Below, one piece after another: positions 55,826 to 63,652 of a stretch of 64,000 nt of DNA (its first letter is position 1; the number at the start of each line of letters is the position of its first letter). Both the position numbers and the translations under genes were made by a program. The notes under the pieces were generated by a model. That model was not told the DNA's origin. It saw only the letters and a program-made list of their open reading frames with translations, and did no database searches. Location: assembly GCA_963780865.1 (NCBI GenBank), contig CAWADT010000016.1, positions 27,793-91,792 of the forward strand, in the 5' to 3' direction. The DNA comes from an uncultured Chloroflexia bacterium. Its GTDB lineage: Bacteria; Chloroflexota; Anaerolineae; Anaerolineales; RBG-16-64-43.

Positions 55826-56677
55826 TTATTTTTCCTCAGCGACTCCCGCGAACAGGTCGCGCTCGGCGCGCGCCGGCGGCGGAAGCGGATACGCGCGCGT
55901 GAAGGATTCCGACGCCCCGAACAACCGGGAGATCCACCGTTGGGACGATGCCATCCCTCCTCCACCCTGGCTGGAGTGGCAGGCGGACGCTTTTTCCTTG
56001 ATTTCCAGAACCGTCCGGATGTCGATTTTGGCATGGACTGGAAAATCCACATTCACCAGTGCCGCCAGGTCGATGTCCTTGTTCTTTCCGAAATGGCTCG
56101 GATCCCGTCCAAGGAGGCGCAGAAGCCGCACTCCCCATCGCAAAAAAGCGTGCGGGAAAGTGTGGAAATATAGCTTCTGCGCCTGATATGGTTCCGTCCC
56201 CGCAAGAGCCCACGCGGAGTTGGCCGCGAGTTGGAACGCCTCGACCGTTGCGCGGTGGGCGGCGATGTGATCCGGATGCCGGTAGCCGCCGATTGGATCG
56301 AAGGTGACGACAACTTGCGGACGAAGTTCTCGGATATACCGCGCCACGGCGCGCGCCGTATCTTTGAGCGGGGCTGCGGCGAACGCCTGTGGGTGGGTGT
56401 TATCCGCCGAGCCCGGCATGCCGGAATCCCGGTACCCGAGAAAATGGACGCCCGTCAGCCCGAGAATTCCCGCCGCGCAACGCAATTCCGATTCGCGCAT
56501 CGCCCCCACCGTGGGAAACCCCTTCAGGTCCGGCGGGGCTTCGCCCACTTCTCCGCGCGTCGCGCACACCAGGTGAACTTCCACGCCGCGACGCGCGTAA
56601 AGCGCCAGCGTCCCCCCCGCGCCAAACGTTTCATCGTCCGGATGCGCAAAAACCGCCAAGAGCCGACTTCCGGTCAT
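55826..56677 (-). CDS. PIG-L/LmbE-family N-acetylglucosaminyl deacetylase
   Basis: The signature AVFAHPDDETFGAGGTLA and downstream HPDH motifs are present. 283 aa. Confidence 0.85.
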   Translation of the reverse strand: MTGSRLLAVFAHPDDETFGAGGTLALYARRGVEVHLVCATRGEVGEAPPDLKGFPTVGAMRESELRCAAGILGLTGVHFLGYRDSGMPGSADNTHPQAFAAAPLKDTARAVARYIRELRPQVVVTFDPIGGYRHPDHIAAHRATVEAFQLAANSAWALAGTEPYQAQKLYFHTFPHAFLRWGVRLLRLLGRDPSHFGKNKDIDLAALVNVDFPVHAKIDIRTVLEIKEKASACHSSQGGGGMASSQRWISRLFGASESFTRAYPLPPPARAERDLFAGVAEEK

Positions 56678-56714
56678 AAGTCGCCGTTCTCCTTTTCTCT
56701 TTTATCGCCGAAGG

Positions 56715-56912
56715 CTACGGCTGCGGATACCCGGGCGCGGGAGTGGCGGTTTCCGCCCCGCTCGGATACCCCGCCTGGGCTGATGGCAGCGTGTGTTCCT
56801 CGCCGGTACCCGGCGTGGAATTGGAAGATCCCCTTCGGCTGCAACCCGTCAGGGCGATCGAAACAACCAGCGCGGCAAGACATATCCTCCATCCGATTTT
56901 TTTCGCTGCCAT
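56715..56912 (-). CDS. Small putative lipoprotein
   Basis: 65 aa with a signal peptide and lipobox (LVVSIALTGC). It lies immediately upstream of, and is co-directional with, the PIG-L gene. Confidence 0.5.
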   Translation of the reverse strand: MAAKKIGWRICLAALVVSIALTGCSRRGSSNSTPGTGEEHTLPSAQAGYPSGAETATPAPGYPQP

Positions 56913-56973
56913 CTCCCGGCTCCTTTGGGTGAGATTTCCCCGTCCGCGGCTATGGTAAAATCCAAGTCGTCAC

Positions 56974-57045
56974 GCCCCTGTAGCTCAATGGATAGAGCGC
57001 CACCCCCCGGAGGTGGATGTCGGCGTTCGAGCCGCCGCAGGGGCA
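56974..57045 (+). tRNA. tRNA-Arg (anticodon CCG)
   Basis: Hand-folded cloverleaf. Acceptor is GCCCCTG/CAGGGGC, D arm is GCTC-AATGGATA-GAGC, anticodon arm is CCACC-CCCCGGA-GGTGG (anticodon CCG), variable loop is ATGT, T arm is CGGCG-TTCGAGC-CGCCG and the discriminator is A. No CCA is encoded. Position 33 is C rather than the near-universal U. Confidence 0.85.
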
Positions 57046-57084
57046 CCTTTTATTTTAATCCCCAAGTCATTGATATCACATCGT

Positions 57085-57465
57085 CCATCCTATCCTCTAT
57101 CCCCTAGTACATTCCCCGTATATCAGAAAGAATTCTTCTCTCCCCTTCCTCCTCGCCTCGCTTCACTCGAGGAAGGACTATCCTTGTCGCTGGTACCTTC
57201 CTATCCTCCATCCCCTTCCATCTTCCTCTTTTACCAGAAAGAATTCTTCTCCCCCCTTCCTCCTTCCCTCGCTTCACTCGAGGAAGGACTATCCTTGGCG
57301 CTGGTACCATCCTATCCTCCATCCCCTTCCATCTTCCTCTTTTACCAGAAAGAATTCTTCTCCCCCCTTCCTCCTTCCCGTGATACGGGAAGGAGGAAGG
57401 GGAAAAGTACAATCACCAAATGAGGAAGTCGAGCTTGGGGGTTGGAGGATGGGATGGTTACGAAA
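57085..57465. repeat. CCCTTCC-type element expanded by a 111-bp tandem duplication, adjacent to tRNA-Arg
   Basis: Units begin with CAGAAAGAATTCTTCTC at 57124, 57235 and 57346, giving a period of 111 bp. The element ends with hairpin CCCCTTCCTCCTTCCCGTGATACGGGAAGGAGGAAGGGG and the terminal GGGGTTGGAGGATGGGATGG. The left end is TCCATCCTATCCTC. Confidence 0.8.
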
Positions 57466-57483
57466 AGAAGGACCGCGGACCGG

Positions 57484-57999
57484 TTAATTCTGCAGTCCCG
57501 TTTTCAATTCCCCAACTCCACCGTGGCAACCTTTTTCGTTCCGGTCATAAACAGGGCCATTGTGCTGCGGCCGAAGAGTTCCGTGGACTTCGCCCGGGTT
57601 GAGCAGGATCGTCCGCCCGATGTGCTCTTCGTTGGCTTTATGATCGTGACCGTAGCAAACGAGGTCGTACTTTCCGGATTCCGCCAGCGGGCGCGCAATC
57701 TCGGGATAGTGCGTGAGGGCGATCTTCAAACCATCCATGGTCAGATCACCGAACTCGCCCAGGAAGTGGATATTCTCGGCGCCGGCGGAGACGAGGAGGT
57801 GCAGCCGGCGGTCGCCGTCGTTGTTGCCCCAGACGATGTAGACGGGCTTGCCCTTGACCCCGGCGATCAACCGCTGAGTGACGAACGGCGAGCATAGGTC
57901 GCCGCAATGCAGGATCGCATCGGCCTCCGCCAGATGAGGCATGGCACAATCGAGTTTCCAGACGTTATCGTGGGTATCGCTGAGAACGGCAATCCGCAT
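57484..57999 (-). CDS. YfcE/MJ0936-family metallophosphoesterase
   Basis: MRIAVLSDTHDN...HCGDL...GNND...GHDH motifs. 171 aa. Confidence 0.85.
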   Translation of the reverse strand: MRIAVLSDTHDNVWKLDCAMPHLAEADAILHCGDLCSPFVTQRLIAGVKGKPVYIVWGNNDGDRRLHLLVSAGAENIHFLGEFGDLTMDGLKIALTHYPEIARPLAESGKYDLVCYGHDHKANEEHIGRTILLNPGEVHGTLRPQHNGPVYDRNEKGCHGGVGELKTGLQN

Positions 58000-58103
58000 G
58001 GACCCCTCCCGGAATGCAGCATTCGACGGTCAGAATATACCATTCTCGCGCGGATACAGGAAATCCGGCTCGGCGGGGGCGGTCCACTCGCAGAGGCGAT
58101 ATA

Positions 58104-58532
58104 ATGCGCTTCCGGAGCGAAACCATGACCACTCAACCGCCGAGCCTGCCCGCACCACAGGGAAACGTCGTTCGCCAAACCATCTTTCGCGCGCGCCTGA
58201 TCTGGCGGCTGATGAAGGACGGCCGCGTCCTGTGGGTTTGGAAGCTGATCCCGATCGCGGGATTAATCTACGTCATCTTTCCTTTTGATTTGATTCCGGA
58301 TTTCGCCCCCGTCATCGGCCAACTGGATGATTTGGGAATCTTCCTGGGCAGCCTGTGGCTCTTCACGGAACTATGCCCACCCGACGTGGTGAAAGAAATT
58401 TGGGATGATTTGGCGGCGGTGACGGTGAAGGGATCGTGGCGCGAGGTGGATACCGGCACTTTGCCTGAAAAAACCGGAAGCGAAACCGTTCCGGACCAAA
58501 AGCAAAAAAGCACTCCGGCAAGTCAGAAGTAA
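58104..58532 (+). CDS. DUF1232 (YkvA-like) membrane protein
   Basis: LIPIAGLIYVIFPFDLIPDFAPVIGQLDDLG is the DUF1232 signature. The start is uncertain (ATG at 58104 or 58125; the ORF track gives 58014). Confidence 0.7.
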   Translation: MRFRSETMTTQPPSLPAPQGNVVRQTIFRARLIWRLMKDGRVLWVWKLIPIAGLIYVIFPFDLIPDFAPVIGQLDDLGIFLGSLWLFTELCPPDVVKEIWDDLAAVTVKGSWREVDTGTLPEKTGSETVPDQKQKSTPASQK

Positions 58533-58630
58533 TCGGGCTCAAGGATAAATTTTGTTTCGCCGGAAACGAAAAAATTTTTGCTGTCGGAATTGACGATAAG
58601 ATTATCGTAGAGGGGACGTCAAAAATAAAT

Positions 58631-58659
58631 TGTAGCCGGGATTGACGATCCCGGCTACA
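58631..58659. terminator. TGTAGCCGGGA-type hairpin, likely terminator of rimO
   Basis: TGTAGCCGGGA-ttgacga-TCCCGGCTACA. On the minus strand it is followed by ATTTATTTTT. It uses the same motif as the 17799-18049 arrays and the hairpin at 35631-35657. Confidence 0.55.
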
Positions 58660-58683
58660 TGCATTAACGCAAGAGCGGTTTTT

Positions 58684-60069
58684 TTATTCGCCGCCTTTTC
58701 TTCGCGGTCGGGGATTTTCCCCGGCCGATTTTTCTTCTTCCTCCGGCGCGCCGATCAGATCGTACGGCAGGGCGCCAGTGACGCGTACGCGCACCATCGC
58801 GCCGACGGGCGCGTCCCCTTCGATCAAAACAACGCCGTCCACTTCGGGCGCGTCTCGGTAGGATCGCCCCACCGCGAGCCCCTTGCGGCGCCCCTCCACC
58901 AAAACATCCAGCGACCGCCCCACCCATTTGCGGTTCTCCTGCAGCGATATTCCCTGCTGCAGCTCCATCAGCCTGCCGCGCCGCTCCTCCTTCAGCTCGG
59001 TGGCTACGTCGTCGGGGAGCACGGCGCTTGGCGTTCCCTCTTCGCGCGAATACAGGAAGCAGCCCACGCGGTCGAAGCGGACGGCGCGCACAAACGCCAG
59101 GAGCGTTTCGTACTCCTGCTCGCTTTCGCCGGGATACCCAACGATGAATGCGGTGCGGACCGCGAGCCCCGGCAGGCGCACCCGCATGCGGTCGATCAAC
59201 CGGCGCGCCTCGTCCGGATCGTCGGGGCGGCGCATGCGCCGCAGGACGGCCGGGTCGGCATGCTGCAACGGCAGATCGAGATATGGCAGAATTTGCGGAT
59301 GGCACGCCATCGTGTCGATCAGTCGCCCGCTTACCGCCCCAGGAAAGGAATACATCACGCGGATCCACTCGATGCGCGGCGCGGCCTCCGCCAGGGATTC
59401 CAGCAGCGCGGCCAATCCTTCGCGCACTCCGAGATCCCGTCCGTACGCGGTCGTATCCTGCGCCAGGAGGACCAGCTCGCGCACGCCCCGGTCCTGGAGG
59501 ACGCGCGCCTCCTCAAGGATTTGTTCCAAGGGACGGCTCCTCAGCGGCCCCTTGATGGCGGGGATGGCGCAGAAGGCGCAAGCCCGGTTGCAGCCGTCGG
59601 CGATTTTCAAATAAGCGCTGGCGCCGCGCACCGCGGCGCGCAGCACTCCGCGTTCATCGATTCCGACGGCCGGATCAGGAGGCAGATGGGTCACCGGAGA
59701 TGCATTCGCCCGGCTTCGCACTTCCTCCACAACCTCAAGGATGTCCATCCAGCGGCGGGTTCCCAGTACGCCGTCGAGCCCGGGCACGAGCCGCTCAAGC
59801 TCCGCTCCCATGCGCTGGGACAGGCAGCCGGCGGCGATCAGCCACTGACCGGGCTTTTTTTTATCGACGAGCCCGCGCAGCGCGGAAAGCGATTCCTCGC
59901 GCGCCGGTCCGATGAAGCCGCAGGTGTTCACCACGATCACGTCCGCCAGTCCCGGCCGCGGGGCCGGAAGCAGGCCGCCGCGTCCGAGCAGTTCGGCCAT
60001 CGAATCAGAATTGACGGTGTTCTTGGCGCAGCCAAGCGTCAGGAGAAAATATCGCGAGGAAGCGGGCAT
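58684..60069 (-). CDS. rimO: Ribosomal protein S12 methylthiotransferase RimO
   Basis: UPF0004 N-domain (LTLGCAKNTVNSD...VVNTCGFI), radical SAM CNRACAFC, FIVGYPGESEQEYETLLAFVRAVRFDRVGCFLYSREEGT (RimO-type) and a TRAM domain. Confidence 0.85.
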   Translation of the reverse strand: MPASSRYFLLTLGCAKNTVNSDSMAELLGRGGLLPAPRPGLADVIVVNTCGFIGPAREESLSALRGLVDKKKPGQWLIAAGCLSQRMGAELERLVPGLDGVLGTRRWMDILEVVEEVRSRANASPVTHLPPDPAVGIDERGVLRAAVRGASAYLKIADGCNRACAFCAIPAIKGPLRSRPLEQILEEARVLQDRGVRELVLLAQDTTAYGRDLGVREGLAALLESLAEAAPRIEWIRVMYSFPGAVSGRLIDTMACHPQILPYLDLPLQHADPAVLRRMRRPDDPDEARRLIDRMRVRLPGLAVRTAFIVGYPGESEQEYETLLAFVRAVRFDRVGCFLYSREEGTPSAVLPDDVATELKEERRGRLMELQQGISLQENRKWVGRSLDVLVEGRRKGLAVGRSYRDAPEVDGVVLIEGDAPVGAMVRVRVTGALPYDLIGAPEEEEKSAGENPRPRRKGGE

Positions 60070-61175
60070 CAGGGTTTTTTCACGGCGGTGAGCGTCGGCG
60101 TCACCGTCGGGGTCGGAGTGATGGTCGGAGTTGGGCTGGCTTCGGGGGTGGGAGTGACCGCGCCCTGCGGGGTGTACGTGAGCGTCACCACCTCCCCAAA
60201 TCGTCCGAGCGCGCCTTCGTCGACCCCGTTGAAGAGGATGCTTATGCCGGCTCCGTTGCCGGTGGCGATGGTGACGGTTCGCTGGCCGATGTAATCGAAC
60301 GTCTGGCCCGGCGCGACGCGGTCGGAAAATTTTACATTCCCATCCACGGTCACCATCAGGTAGGCGCGTTGCAACACGGTGATGTGAACGCGCACGTCGG
60401 TGTACACACCCCCCAGGGGAGTGGGAAACGAGGTGGGAGATACCGCGGCGATCGAGACTGTTCCAGGGATGACAATGCCTTCCGACGGGGTTTCCCCGGA
60501 GGCAAGCTCCGCCGTTCCGGACGGCGTGAGTTCACTACTTACGCTAGCGACGGTCCCGGATGGAGTGGATGGATTGGCCGCGCTCTCTCCCGTCGTTGTT
60601 CCCGTGCCGACGACCAGGAAGGGCTCGGTCGCTGTTAACCACGGGGTGGCGGCGAAACTCACGATCATCGAGTATCCGCCCCAGCCCAGAAGCGCGATGA
60701 TGATCAGGGCGATGATGCCGCCGAAGATCCGGTCGAAGCGGAACCATTCGCGGGCGATCGACCGGTCGGCCAGCGTTCGCGGCCGGGCGTAGGTTTCCGG
60801 GCGGGGAACGGCGGGAACGCCGGTGGACCGATCCTCGCGGAATGGGGAAACCGGTTCGGTCGCCGGATTCGGAGCGGTGCGCGGAGCGGGGGTAGCGACG
60901 GGCGGAGGCGGAATTTTAACAGGGGGAGGAGCCGGCGGCCGGGGTTTTCCATCGCCCAGATGCGCCGCAATTTCTTCCGGCGTGATTCCGAGAAATGCCG
61001 TGTAATTGCGGATGAACCCGCGCGCCTGAGGCACCGACGGAATTGTGCTCAGGTCGTCCGCCTCGATGGCTTTCAAATGTTTGGCGCGGATGTGGGTATG
61101 CCTCTCGACCTCTTCGAGGGTTAATCCGAGAGACTCCCTTTTCTGGCGGAGGAAGCTGCCCAGCGATTCGGCCAT
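60069..61175 (-). CDS. RodZ-like protein (HTH_25 domain, TM anchor, Thr/Pro-rich regions, DUF4115-like C-domain)
   Basis: N-terminal LGSFLRQKRESLGLTLEEVERHTHIRAKHLKAIEADD...ARGFIRNY. One TM segment (IIALIIIALLGWGGYSMIV). The C-terminal beta-rich domain is followed by TPTPEASPTPTITPTPTVTPT. Its stop overlaps the rimO start (TGATG). Confidence 0.75.
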   Translation of the reverse strand: MAESLGSFLRQKRESLGLTLEEVERHTHIRAKHLKAIEADDLSTIPSVPQARGFIRNYTAFLGITPEEIAAHLGDGKPRPPAPPPVKIPPPPVATPAPRTAPNPATEPVSPFREDRSTGVPAVPRPETYARPRTLADRSIAREWFRFDRIFGGIIALIIIALLGWGGYSMIVSFAATPWLTATEPFLVVGTGTTTGESAANPSTPSGTVASVSSELTPSGTAELASGETPSEGIVIPGTVSIAAVSPTSFPTPLGGVYTDVRVHITVLQRAYLMVTVDGNVKFSDRVAPGQTFDYIGQRTVTIATGNGAGISILFNGVDEGALGRFGEVVTLTYTPQGAVTPTPEASPTPTITPTPTVTPTLTAVKKP

Positions 61176-61209
61176 GAGCCGCCGTGCCTATTGGTTGGAA
61201 AGCGACGGA

Positions 61210-61716
61210 TTACCCGGCGGGCACGGGCGGTTCGGCGGGGACCGGCGGAGCAACGGCCGCCTGTTCTTCCTCGCCTTCGCCCCTGACCACGACCACGATT
61301 TCCGGGATCAGGTCGACCGTCAGGCGGATGGGAACCTTGTGGGTGCCCAGTTCGCGCAGCGGCTGGTGGGCGATATGGCGGCGGTCGATGTGGATGCCGG
61401 TCTCGCGTTCGATGGCGGCGGAGATGTCGCCCGTGGTGATCGATCCGAACAGCCTTCCCGTTTCGCCGGCGCGCGCGGAAAAAACCAGCGAAACGGCGGT
61501 GAGCTTTTCCGCCACGGCGCCCATCTCCTGATTAAGTCGGGCGCGGTCGGCCAGAGCCGCGGAGCGGATGCGCTCGGCTTGCTTGATCACGCCCGGCGTG
61601 GCCAGGACCGCCAGCTTTTGCGGGAGGAGAAAGTTGCGGCCGTATCCGTCGGCAACCTTTTTCACATCCCCCGCCCGTCCGAGTTTGTATACGTCTTTGA
61701 GGAGGAGTACTTTCAT
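61210..61716 (-). CDS. rplI: 50S ribosomal protein L9
   Basis: MKVLLLKDVYKLGRAGDVKKVADGYGRNFLLPQKLAV... has an acidic/Pro-rich C-terminal extension. The ORF track start 61722 adds 2 residues. Confidence 0.92.
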   Translation of the reverse strand: MKVLLLKDVYKLGRAGDVKKVADGYGRNFLLPQKLAVLATPGVIKQAERIRSAALADRARLNQEMGAVAEKLTAVSLVFSARAGETGRLFGSITTGDISAAIERETGIHIDRRHIAHQPLRELGTHKVPIRLTVDLIPEIVVVVRGEGEEEQAAVAPPVPAEPPVPAG

Positions 61717-61957
61717 CGTCAAGCCCTTTCCTGGGGAGCGGGCGCATCTAGCGCCCCGAAGATTCAGCGTCCCGATGGGACGCCGCCGGCGAAGGGTACA
61801 ACGCCGAGGCCGGATTTTACCAGAAGGGATGCGGGACGGTCAATCCGGGGCCCTTCGGGCGCTCGATCCCGTCATTGTGCCCCAGGATTTCACGTCTTTT
61901 CAAAAACGACCGCATCTCTACAATTCCCACTTGTTGTCCGCTCCCAGGTTCCCAGTG

Positions 61958-62110
61958 GCCATCCCATTCTCCTTCCCCAAATTCGTTCCCGTAGTATCTG
62001 GAATCTCTTTCCCCCTTCCTCCTTCCCGTATGACGGGAAGGAGGAAGGGAAGTTGATGGGACTCACCTATAAAGGAAATCGAACTAGGGGTTGGAGGATG
62101 GGATGGTTAC
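61958..62110. repeat. CCCTTCC-type palindromic (MITE-like) element
   Basis: GGCCATCCCATTCTCCTTCCCC...CCCCCTTCCTCCTTCCCGTATGACGGGAAGGAGGAAGGG...GGGGTTGGAGGATGGGATGG. Confidence 0.75.
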
Positions 62111-62142
62111 AGAATAAATTTAACTAGAGGAGTTAAACAAAA

Positions 62143-62163
62143 AGCCCGCTTTCGCGGGCGTCT
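62143..62163 (-). terminator. Rho-independent terminator of the GH1 gene
   Basis: GCCCGC-TTTC-GCGGGC is followed by TTTTTG on the minus strand. Confidence 0.65.
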
Positions 62164-62203
62164 TGACCGAGCGGTACCAATCACCGGAGCGCGGCGTAGC
62201 TCT

Positions 62204-63544
62204 TTATTCATCCACTCCGTTCGCCGCAATCACTTCTCCGTACCAACGCGCGCTGAGCTTGGGAATGCGGCGCATGGTCTTGTAGTCCGTGCGGACAATC
62301 CCAAACCGCAGGGCATACCCGCGGGCCCATTCGAAATTATCCATGAGACTCCAGACGTAATATCCGCGCACGTCGCAGCCTTCGGATATCGCGCGATGCA
62401 CAGCGCGGAGGTGAGCGCGGAGGTAATCGACCCGCCCCCAATCCTCAACGTATCCTTTGCGGTCCGGCCGGTCTTCGATCGCGCAGCCGTTCTCGGTGAT
62501 GTAGACCGGCGGATTGCCGTAGCGGTCCCGGAGCCCTCTTAGCACTTCGGTCATCCCCAGCGGATCGATCCCCCAGTCCATGTCGGTCTTTCCCCAGCCG
62601 GGGGCGCAGTAGGGGTCCGAGACGGCTTTATAGAATCCTCCGCGGGTGTTGTTCGAGACAACCTGGGTTCTGTAGTAGTTGATTCCCACATAATCCATCG
62701 GGCGCGAAATTTGCTGCATGTCGCCCGCGCGCACTTCGGGCTTCATGGGCCCGATCCATTCGATCAGATCGTCCGGGTACCGGCCCTGGAAGAGCGCTCC
62801 CAGGAACAGTCCCTGGTTGCTGGCATACACTCTCCGGCAGGCGGCGACGTCCGCCTCCTTCGAAGAAGCCGGAATGGAGTTGGGATGATCCAGCACGATG
62901 CCGATCTTCCCGCGGTATCCGCCCTGCCGGTAGGCGTCCACCGCCTTGCCGTGCCCGAGCAGCAGGTGGTGCGCGGTGCGGAACCCGAGGCTGTAATCGC
63001 CCGTACCCGGCGGGAAATCCCCGGTGGCATAACCCGGAAAAGCAACGACAAACGGTTCGTTGTGCGTGGCCCACAGCGCCACGCGATCGCCGAGCCGCTC
63101 GAAAACGACCCGCGCGTAATCGGCGAACCAGTCCGCGCTATCGCGGTTGGGCCAGCCGCCTTTCTCTTCCAGCGCCTGCGGATAATCCCAGTGGTTGAGC
63201 GTCGCGTTGGGTACGATCGCAGCCTGAAGAAGTTGATCCACCAATCGGTCGTAGAATCCGATTCCCTTTGGATTGATTTTTCCGCGCCCTTCGGGAAGCA
63301 CGCGAGTCCAGGCAATCGAGAATCGGTACGATTTCAACCCCAATTCCTTCATGAGCGCGACGTCCTTCGGCATCAGCCGATAATGGTCGCACGCGTCGTC
63401 ACCCGTGTCTCCGTTTCGAATTGTATATTTTCGATGCGTAAACCGATCCCAAATACTCTCCCCGCGACCGTCCTTTTTCCATGATCCTTCGATTTGATAG
63501 GCGGCGGTCGATGCCCCCCAGAGAAATCCCTCCGGGAAGTTCAA
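62204..63544 (-). CDS. GH1 beta-glucosidase
   Basis: [20 protein letters not shown], the NEP acid/base motif (THNEPFV) and the ITENG nucleophile motif (YITENG) are present. The annotated TTG start lacks an RBS. An ATG at 63554 with GGAGG upstream is in another frame (see the frameshift finding). Confidence 0.9.
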   Translation of the reverse strand: [446 protein letters not shown]

Positions 63545-63652
63545 ATGAACTCATATAGCCTCCGATTTGTTTCTCCCGCCTTCGCCTCTCCGCGATCGGC
63601 GTGAAGACGATGATTATACAACCTCGTCCAACCCGGAGTAGAATGAGTGCCT

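Noticed and set aside
57100-57423. ORFs 57013..57423 (+) and 57104..57412 (-) encoding repeated PSPSIFLFYQKEFFSPLPP / GKRGRWKGMEDR peptides
   Set aside because: They lie wholly inside the 111-bp tandem repeat and palindromic element, are open on both strands only because the period is a multiple of 3, and have no RBS. They are repeat-derived artefacts.
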